DNA of 64,000 nt from an uncultured Candidatus Saccharibacteria bacterium (lineage in GTDB: Bacteria; Patescibacteriota; Minisyncoccia; Phycocordibacterales; Phycocordibacteraceae). The DNA is taken from positions 404,577 to 468,576 of the forward strand of contig CAZDPG010000001.1 in NCBI GenBank assembly GCA_964507275.1, written 5' to 3'. The notes under the pieces were generated by a model. It was not told the DNA's origin and made no database searches. It worked only from the letters and a program-made list of their open reading frames with translations. The translations under genes were made by a program, and so were the position numbers. Below, in pieces: positions 1 through 6,252 of the stretch (position 1 is its first letter; each line of letters opens with the position of its first letter).

Positions 1-998
1 TCGAAGCCGTCCATCTCGACGAGTATCTGATTGAGGGTCTGTTCGCGCTCATCGTTCCCGCCACCCATACCGCTCCCGCGCACACGACCGACCGCGTCGA
101 TTTCATCGACGAAGATGATTGCTGGTGCCGCCTTCTTCGCGAGTTGGAAGAGGTCGCGCACCCTTGAAGCCCCGACTCCCACGAACATCTCAACGAATTC
201 GGAGCCCGAGATAGAGAAGAATGGAACACCCGCTTCGCCCGCAACCGCGCGTGCAAGGAGCGTCTTGCCGGTACCAGGAGCACCCATGAGAAGGATACCC
301 TTCGGGATGCGCGCGCCGATATCGAGGAACTTCTTTGGGCTCTTGAGGAAGTCCACGATTTCAAGAAGTTCTTCTTTCGCCTCCCGCGACCCAGCGACGT
401 CCGCGAAGGTGACCCGTTGCGATATGTCAGCAGGATCTATGACACGCGCCTTCGACTGCCCGAAGCTAAATGCCTGCATACCCGCGCCTCGCACCTGGCG
501 CGAAAGGAACCAGAAGAGGAACACGATGAAGAGTATCGGAATGAAGATCGGTGCGAGATTCAAGAACCAGAACGTGAATCCTGACTGTCCCTGTATCGTG
601 ATAGAAACTTTGGTCAGCTCTTCTGGAGTGACGCCATAGGTCGCAAGCGTCTCAGGAAGACCGGCGGAAGGGTCTTTGCGAGACAGCTTCGTCGAGCCAT
701 CGGTGTACTCGAGCTCGAGCGAATCGCCATTGACGACGACTGCCTTCACCTTCCCTTCTCCGACGTCGGTCGCAACGACTGAAAGTGGGATAGTGGTGCT
801 CGATGTGGCGAAGCTCTCGACAAGCGAATACACGCTCATGAGAAGGAGGAATATGAGAACCGTCGTCAGAAGATTGCCGAAGAAAGACGGTCCTTTGAAA
901 AAAGTCTTCAACCCCCGCCGCTTCGCCCCTTTTGATGAGAGGAAAGGAGGATTCCCAGGCTTCTTCATCTTCGGTTTCTTTGGAGATATCGCTGCCAT
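1..998 (-). CDS. ftsH: ATP-dependent zinc metalloprotease FtsH (N-terminal part; gene continues beyond window start)
   Basis: Reverse-strand translation from ATG at 998-996 gives MAAISPKKP..., two TM segments, then the AAA module [51 protein letters not shown]...[12 protein letters not shown] (Walker A/B). It is absent from the ORF track because the window edge truncates it. The + strand ORF 31..639 is its shadow. Confidence 0.85.
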   Translation of the reverse strand, partial: MAAISPKKPKMKKPGNPPFLSSKGAKRRGLKTFFKGPSFFGNLLTTVLIFLLLMSVYSLVESFATSSTTIPLSVVATDVGEGKVKAVVVNGDSLELEYTDGSTKLSRKDPSAGLPETLATYGVTPEELTKVSITIQGQSGFTFWFLNLAPIFIPILFIVFLFWFLSRQVRGAGMQAFSFGQSKARVIDPADISQRVTFADVAGSREAKEELLEIVDFLKSPKKFLDIGARIPKGILLMGAPGTGKTLLARAVAGEAGVPFFSISGSEFVEMFVGVGASRVRDLFQLAKKAAPAIIFVDEIDAVGRVRGSGMGGGNDEREQTLNQILVEMDGF

Positions 999-1021
999 AG
1001 AAAATACTATACTCTATACCT

Positions 1022-1465
1022 ATGACTCTCGTCGAATATAAGAAGGCGCTCCTGAAGTTCGCTCCTATCGAGACGTTCTCGGCTGGTCTCGAACTCATCG
1101 GGTCCGAAGTGAAGGCGCTCAGGAGCAAGCTCGGCTCGCTCGATGGCGCACGCGTTGTGGTGCGCGGCGGCGAAGCGTTCATCGTCGGCATGACCATCCC
1201 GCCCTACCAGGCAGCCAACACGCCGAAGGACTATGACCCGGAGCGGGTGCGCCGTCTTCTCCTCACGAAGAAAGAGATCAACACACTCCTCATCGAGGAA
1301 GCGAAGAAAGGGTTGACAATCGTACCTCTTGAGGTGTATTCTAGTGGCAGACTCGTGAAAGCCCGTATCGCTATCGCTCGCGGCAAAGGGAAAGCCGACC
1401 GTCGCGAAGATTTGAAAAAGCGCGATGCAGGACGAGAGACCGCTCGCGTTCTGAAAAATCGCTAG
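1022..1465 (+). CDS. smpB: SsrA-binding protein SmpB
   Basis: 147 aa. The stretch KKALLKFAPIETFSAGLELIGSEVKALR...GARVVVRGGEAFIV is typical SmpB. It lies directly upstream of the tmRNA. Confidence 0.9.
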   Translation: MTLVEYKKALLKFAPIETFSAGLELIGSEVKALRSKLGSLDGARVVVRGGEAFIVGMTIPPYQAANTPKDYDPERVRRLLLTKKEINTLLIEEAKKGLTIVPLEVYSSGRLVKARIAIARGKGKADRREDLKKRDAGRETARVLKNR

Positions 1466-1512
1466 AGCCTATCAGTCGCAGAAAGTACGTGATGTTCTAT
1501 CATGTGTTTCCT

Positions 1513-1917
1513 GGGGGTGACCGGCTTTGACGGTCTGTACTTTGAAAGACGTGCGACGCAGTGCACTCTCGCCTACCACTCTAATCTAGCGAGAAAACAT
1601 ACTTGCAAAGAACACTCTTGCAAGCGTGAAGTCGCCATACTTCGGTATGAAGGACTTCACGTTCGCTTTCGCGACTGCCTAACCGCACCTCGCCAAGCGA
1701 CGTCTGTATCCTTGGGTTCCTTCAGTTGAGGATACAGGCGGAATTATCTGAAGGATCGATGCCCGGCCTCCCGCCCGGCGCATCTAAATAAGGGATCGGG
1801 CAGGAATGGTTTCGTTGGCGTTCCTCGCATCCTGCCTCAAACTTTAACGCCGACTATGCGTCGTAGACTCGCTTTCATAGCCAGATTCGGACCGGAGTTC
1901 AACTCTCCGCACCTCCA
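1513..1917 (+). ncRNA. ssrA: tmRNA (ssrA), one-piece, about 405 nt; CCA not encoded
   Basis: The 5' end GGGGGTGACCGGCTTTGACGG matches the canonical GGGGCTGATTCTGGATTCGACGG. The 3' end is GGACCGGAGTTCAACTCTCCGCACCTCCA with a T-arm TTCAA and an acceptor 3' strand CACCTCC that pairs with the 5' GGGGGTG, including a G3:U wobble (alanine identity). It sits next to smpB. The putative tag ORF is GCA(1605)...TAA(1680-1682). Confidence 0.8.
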
Positions 1918-1926
1918 CAACTATAA

Positions 1927-1963
1927 ACACAAAGGCCCAGAGTATCCCTCTGGGCCTTTGTGT
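1927..1963 (+). terminator. Hairpin terminator just 3' of the tmRNA
   Basis: Perfect 16-bp stem acacaaaggcccagag / ctctgggcctttgtgt with a 5-nt loop tatcc, 10 nt after the tmRNA 3' end. Confidence 0.65.
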
Positions 1964-1976
1964 ATGGCTTTGAGCG

Positions 1977-1987
1977 GGTTCTAATAT
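1977..1987. repeat. 11-bp direct repeat ggttctaatat (copy 1); copy 2 at 3296..3306
   Basis: Identical 11-mers at 1977-1987 and 3296-3306 bracket the low-GC two-gene islet exactly. Confidence 0.35.
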
Positions 1988-2008
1988 CCTCAGAGATCCC
2001 TGGACTAT

Positions 2009-2593
2009 TTATTCCATCAACCTGAACCAATCCCTGACAGCTAAGCGCAGGCGCTCAATTTCGTCTTCAGCGAGAGGACTGCAGTGCGCAATCGGTCCTC
2101 GCAGTATGTTCAGATTCGCCATCACACGCTCAACCGCTTTCACACTTGAGAAAATCGAGGCAAAGACATCCCAATTGCCTTTAATAATCTGACCCAGCTC
2201 GCCAAACGTGCAGAAATCGATCGGCTCATCCGAGCGTGGTGTGACACCAGAATCAATCTCTCTTTGCTGACGACCTTCCGCCTCAGTCCGCAAATCATTT
2301 GATACCCGAGTATTCCACCAATTTGGATCTGCAGCGACCAGTGTATCCACGATGAGACGCCTCACCGTTTTTTCGAGCGAATAGAACGTTTCATAGTGAG
2401 GTGCCATCGTGGCGGCCTCACTCCGAATATCCTGCTCGATCTGCGGATAATACGACTTATCGACAACAAGCACACTACTATGTTCCCTTCCCAAATCGAG
2501 GTTGTATTTAGCCTCAATCTCATCGAGGTTGTGCTCGATGAGCTGGCTTGTCATCGCAAATTCCTTTAGAGACGAGGAGGTGTTGCTCTTCAT
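2009..2593 (-). CDS. HEPN-like protein (R-x4-H motif LRGPIAHCSPL near the C-terminus); candidate RNase toxin
   Basis: 194 aa, in a ~47% GC islet. The C-terminal NLNILRGPIAHCSPLAEDEIERL fits the HEPN Rx4-6H catalytic motif and looks Swt1/Abi-like. Its start overlaps the stop of the upstream gene (ATGA). Confidence 0.5.
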   Translation of the reverse strand: MKSNTSSSLKEFAMTSQLIEHNLDEIEAKYNLDLGREHSSVLVVDKSYYPQIEQDIRSEAATMAPHYETFYSLEKTVRRLIVDTLVAADPNWWNTRVSNDLRTEAEGRQQREIDSGVTPRSDEPIDFCTFGELGQIIKGNWDVFASIFSSVKAVERVMANLNILRGPIAHCSPLAEDEIERLRLAVRDWFRLME

Positions 2594-3249
2594 TAGCTTA
2601 AGAGATGATCCTTCAGGCTTTTAAAAATTGCATTGAATACCGCGATATCCGAAGTGGCTGGTAGGTTCAAATTGATTGTATATCCTAGCTTGAGGTCTAC
2701 AGCCGTCCTAACTTTAGGCGGCCGCTCTTCCTGTACTCCAGATACTTCTTCTTCTCTCTCTTCAACTCCCGAGGGTTCTTCGCCGGTAGCATCGAAATTA
2801 GCAAGACTTTTCAAAGCTTCGAAAGATCCAATAATTCCCCTAACTGTACTGGAATTCGCTTCAAGACCAGTCGCTTGTACAACGACCCCCTTCAATTCAT
2901 TTGCCTTCAAATCGTGAGCGTATTCATTCAACTCGTAAAGCGCCGCGTACCCCGCCTTCACCGCTTGAGCTGCTGCACTAGACCGGAGTGCGGGGTTGCG
3001 AAATCTCTTATAAAGATCAGTTGGGGTCCCATCTCCATTGAGAAAACCGGTACGCTTCAGAAAAGGTATGATTGGTTTTGCTGTACCTCCTTTTTGACCC
3101 AACTTTGTAGCGAGAAAATCCTGGGTAAACCGATCGGGTGTCGCCGCTTGGACAACACGCTCAAGCGTCTTAGTTATGACGCCGTAAGCATTCATGTAGG
3201 GAATTTTTATGCTCCCGTTTGCACTACGCTTAGTTTCTCCGTCAGCCAT
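2593..3249 (-). CDS. Hypothetical protein, proximal gene of the two-gene islet operon (possible partner or antitoxin of the HEPN protein)
   Basis: 218 aa with no domain I can name. The stop and start overlap by 1 nt with the HEPN gene. Low-GC context directly downstream of the tmRNA. Confidence 0.5.
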   Translation of the reverse strand: MADGETKRSANGSIKIPYMNAYGVITKTLERVVQAATPDRFTQDFLATKLGQKGGTAKPIIPFLKRTGFLNGDGTPTDLYKRFRNPALRSSAAAQAVKAGYAALYELNEYAHDLKANELKGVVVQATGLEANSSTVRGIIGSFEALKSLANFDATGEEPSGVEEREEEVSGVQEERPPKVRTAVDLKLGYTINLNLPATSDIAVFNAIFKSLKDHLLS

Positions 3250-3295
3250 GGTACATATAGTCCTCCTTTTAGCAGAAAAAGCAAGTCTTTTAGCA

Positions 3296-3306
3296 GGTTC
3301 TAATAT
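3296..3306. repeat. 11-bp direct repeat ggttctaatat (copy 2)
   Basis: See copy 1 at 1977..1987. Confidence 0.35.
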
Positions 3307-3427
3307 TTGACCTTATTACCCCCGCCAAATGACCCCTCGGTCGGCTCAGGTTCACTCAAATTAGGCAGATGTATTGCTCCGCCATATATCAAACAGGTTC
3401 TAACATCCTTTAGGAAGTCCCACATAT

Positions 3428-3469
3428 AGAAACTAAGAACCCTCGCACGTGCGAGGGTTCTTAGTTTCT
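3428..3469. repeat. 42-bp perfect palindrome (20-nt arms, CG centre) in a divergent intergenic region, with a third AGAAACT half-site at 3498-3504
   Basis: agaaactaagaaccctcgca|cg|tgcgagggttcttagtttct is an exact reverse complement. It lies between the divergent genes 2593..3249(-) and 3579..4238(+), so it is a candidate operator or strong hairpin. Confidence 0.8.
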
Positions 3470-3578
3470 GAAACAATCGCAGTATCTTGCGTGTACTAGA
3501 AACTGAGAGCAGAAGAACCACCCGCTTCTCCCTCGCGTCATGGCACTCCTTATCGGGCATCTCGTAACATTCATCATT

Positions 3579-4238
3579 ATGATTGACTTCAAAAAAATTG
3601 CGGCCGTCCCTGTATTAGCAGCAACCTTTATCGTGGGCGGTGCAGTAACTGCTCTTGCGACCACCGCTTCCGCGGCAAATCAGGACGGAACCGGGCCAGC
3701 ACAGAGTGCCCAGAGAGCCCACGGGAGAGGTCCCGGCATCGGCGGCACTATCACCGCGATACAGGGTTCGACTATTACCATCACCGATAAGCGCGATGCC
3801 AAGACATACACCATCGACGCGAGCGGCGCGACAGTGAAGAAGATGTCGATAGGCACAGCGCCGGTAACCGAGACGCTCGCTGATCTCGCTGTCGGAGAAA
3901 TGATCATGGTCCGCGGAACCGTCTCCGGCACTTCGGTCACCGCGACAGAAGTCATGGAGGGCGACTTCCGTTTCGACGGCACAAGGCCGATGCAGGGTAA
4001 CCGACCAGGCGTCATAGGAACCGTCACTGCTGTACAGGGTTCGACTATCACGGTCACGAACATGGATGGCACCGTGCATACGATCGATGCGAGCGAAGCC
4101 ATTGTCGAGAAGCATGTGAGTAGCTCCCTTTCAGACATCACTGTCGGTGTCCGCATCAACGCGATGGGCACCATTTCCGGCACTTCAGTGAAAGCGAAAG
4201 TAATAGTAACCGGCGCTCCAATACTTCCCGTACGGTAG
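3579..4238 (+). CDS. Secreted protein with two internal ~75-aa tandem repeats (DUF5666-like); the ORF-track start 3540 is an alternative
   Basis: Signal peptide MIDFKKIAAVPVLAATFIVGGAVTALATTASAA. Repeats GTITAIQGSTITITD...TIDASGATV and GTVTAVQGSTITVTN...TIDASEAIV. It is the first gene of the ECF sigma cluster. Confidence 0.6.
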   Translation: MIDFKKIAAVPVLAATFIVGGAVTALATTASAANQDGTGPAQSAQRAHGRGPGIGGTITAIQGSTITITDKRDAKTYTIDASGATVKKMSIGTAPVTETLADLAVGEMIMVRGTVSGTSVTATEVMEGDFRFDGTRPMQGNRPGVIGTVTAVQGSTITVTNMDGTVHTIDASEAIVEKHVSSSLSDITVGVRINAMGTISGTSVKAKVIVTGAPILPVR

Positions 4239-4265
4239 ATTCAGCAGTAGCTCTTGCGCCACCCT

Positions 4266-4299
4266 AACGACAAGCCCTGCATGGGGCTTGTCGTTTTTT
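4266..4299 (+). terminator. Rho-independent terminator or attenuator
   Basis: Stem aacgacaagccc / gggcttgtcgtt followed by tttttt, between 3579..4238 and the ECF sigma gene. Confidence 0.6.
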
Positions 4300-4328
4300 G
4301 AAACAAAATCGCCACTCGCCTGTACTAT

Positions 4329-4898
4329 ATGAAGGTGGATACCACCCATCAAAACCCGACAGATGAGGAGATTGCTCTACGCGTCCAGCAAGGAGATTCT
4401 GAAGTCTTTGGTGTGTTAGTCGATCGCTACGAACAGAAGCTGCTGCGATACGGCAGAAAATTCCTCTCACGCCCTGAAGACGTACAGGATATCGTGCAAG
4501 ATGTTTTCATCCGCGCTTATCGGAATATCCAGAGCTTCGATCCGGCCCAGCGCTTCAATCCGTGGATCTACCGCATCGCGCACAATGCCTACCTGAACAC
4601 AATGCGACGTAATTCACTCGCGCCCCTTTCAGTCGACTTCGATACGGTACTGATTCACTTCAAATACGATGATCCGTCCGAGTCGGAACGCGAGCAGAAG
4701 GATATGCGCGACCTGATCGAACGTAGTATGAACGACATTCCCGCTAAGTATCGCGAAGTACTCATCCTTCATTATTTTGAAGAGATGCCTTATAAAGATA
4801 TCGCTGACGTACTAGAGATACCGGTCGGGACAGTCAGCATACGTCTCAGGCGAGCACGAGAAGCACTCAAAAAGAAAATTAACCCCGCACACCTATGA
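4329..4898 (+). CDS. ECF-family RNA polymerase sigma-70 factor
   Basis: 189 aa. Region 2 (DIVQDVFIRAYRNIQSFD...FNPWIYRIAHNAYLN) and region 4 (YREVLILHYFEEMPYKDIADVLEIPVGTVSIRLRRARE). The stop TGA overlaps the next ATG (ATGA). Confidence 0.85.
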   Translation: MKVDTTHQNPTDEEIALRVQQGDSEVFGVLVDRYEQKLLRYGRKFLSRPEDVQDIVQDVFIRAYRNIQSFDPAQRFNPWIYRIAHNAYLNTMRRNSLAPLSVDFDTVLIHFKYDDPSESEREQKDMRDLIERSMNDIPAKYREVLILHYFEEMPYKDIADVLEIPVGTVSIRLRRAREALKKKINPAHL

Positions 4899-5641
4899 AC
4901 CCTCACTCCCCCGAAGAAAAACCATCTGCACTCAGAGAACAGATACTCCGTGAGATTGGCTCAGGCAAGGTCGCCATGCGTCCGAAACTATACTTCTCTC
5001 TCAAAGTCTTCGCGACTATCTCCGTCGCTCTCGGCATCCTCATACTTTCAACATTCCTATTCAACTTCATACTCTTCAGTATCCGCATCAACGGACAAGA
5101 CGCCCTACTCGGATTCGGACCTCGTGGCATGCACGCTTTCCTGCGCTTCTTCCCATGGACACTCCTCATAGCTGACATTCTGCTCGTCGTGCTTCTCGGA
5201 AAACTCGTCCGGCGATTCCGTTTCGGCTACAAGACCCCGACCCTGCTCGTACTCGGGACTGTCTTCATCGGCACAATACTGATGGCAACCTTTCTCGACC
5301 GTGGGACCCATATGAACGACCGTCTCTTCAGAGCATCTCGCCAGCAGCACCTCCCCTCCCCCATGAATTCGCTCTATAGAGGTGCTCGCTTCGCCCCACC
5401 TCCCGTTGGGGGCATCCACAAAGGGGAGATCCTATCCATAACGGGGAGTTCCCTTGTCGTCAGACTTCTCGATGAAGAAAGTCGCACGGGCACCACGACC
5501 ATCACGGTCTTGTTGCCATTGGACAATTTCCGAGCAACCACGACAGGACTACGCTCCGGCGACACTGTCCTCATCGCCGGCGACGAGTCCGACGGCTTTT
5601 TGCGAGCCTTCGGTATCCGGAACATCACATCGGAAAATTAA
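4895..5641 (+). CDS. Putative membrane anti-sigma factor
   Basis: 248 aa, translationally coupled to the ECF sigma gene. An N-terminal cytoplasmic segment, then TM helices, then a C-terminal domain. Confidence 0.5.
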   Translation: MNPHSPEEKPSALREQILREIGSGKVAMRPKLYFSLKVFATISVALGILILSTFLFNFILFSIRINGQDALLGFGPRGMHAFLRFFPWTLLIADILLVVLLGKLVRRFRFGYKTPTLLVLGTVFIGTILMATFLDRGTHMNDRLFRASRQQHLPSPMNSLYRGARFAPPPVGGIHKGEILSITGSSLVVRLLDEESRTGTTTITVLLPLDNFRATTTGLRSGDTVLIAGDESDGFLRAFGIRNITSEN

Positions 5642-5688
5642 AAACATCGCGAGATAAAGCAACGCTAATTTTTGCTATACTTCCTGAA

Positions 5689-6252
5689 ATGAGTTTCCAG
5701 AACCGCAGGAACGGATTCTTGTTGCAGGATGTATTGATTATCGCAGCAAGTATTGGCATTGCGGTGTTCCTGACACAGACAGACACTCTCGTGACACTGC
5801 TCGTATCCACGAAAGAATTGGAGTTCCTCGGAAGCTTTCTAGCCGGGCTCTTCTTCACATCGGTCTTCACCACCGCCCCGGCGATAGTGACTCTCGGTGA
5901 GATTGCGCGTGCTAATTCGCTCGTGCCGGTCGTCGTATTCGGAACTCTCGGAGCCGTGATCGGCGACCTGCTCATATTCCGATTCGTGCGCGATCGGTTC
6001 TCGGAACACTTACTGGAGCTGGCGGGCCACAGAAGCATCGCGCGCCGTGCGCATGCACTGTTCAAGATGCGACTCTTCCGATGGCTCTCGCTCTTCGTCG
6101 GCGGAGTGATCATCGCCTCGCCATTCCCAGACGAGCTCGGCATCGGCCTCTTCGGTCTCGCGAAGGTAAAAACGTCGTGGTTCATCCCGCTCTCAGTCCT
6201 GTTCAATGCTCTCGGTATCCTCGCGATAGGAATCGTCGCACGAACGCTATGA
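5689..6252 (+). CDS. Small polytopic membrane protein (hypothetical)
   Basis: 187 aa with about 5 hydrophobic helices. Its TGA stop overlaps the start of the P-type ATPase gene. Confidence 0.5.
   Translation: MSFQNRRNGFLLQDVLIIAASIGIAVFLTQTDTLVTLLVSTKELEFLGSFLAGLFFTSVFTTAPAIVTLGEIARANSLVPVVVFGTLGAVIGDLLIFRFVRDRFSEHLLELAGHRSIARRAHALFKMRLFRWLSLFVGGVIIASPFPDELGIGLFGLAKVKTSWFIPLSVLFNALGILAIGIVARTL

Noticed and set aside
31-639. 202-aa + strand ORF at the window start
   Set aside because: It is the antisense shadow of the ftsH AAA domain. The minus-strand translation gives unmistakable FtsH Walker motifs; the + ORF is Arg/Ser/Pro-rich junk.
4298-4328. Sigma-70-like promoter TTGAAA-N19-TACTAT abutting the ECF sigma ATG
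   Set aside because: The -10 hexamer ends 1 nt before the annotated ATG, so a transcript could not include the start codon, and there is no downstream in-frame start. The spacing is also suboptimal.
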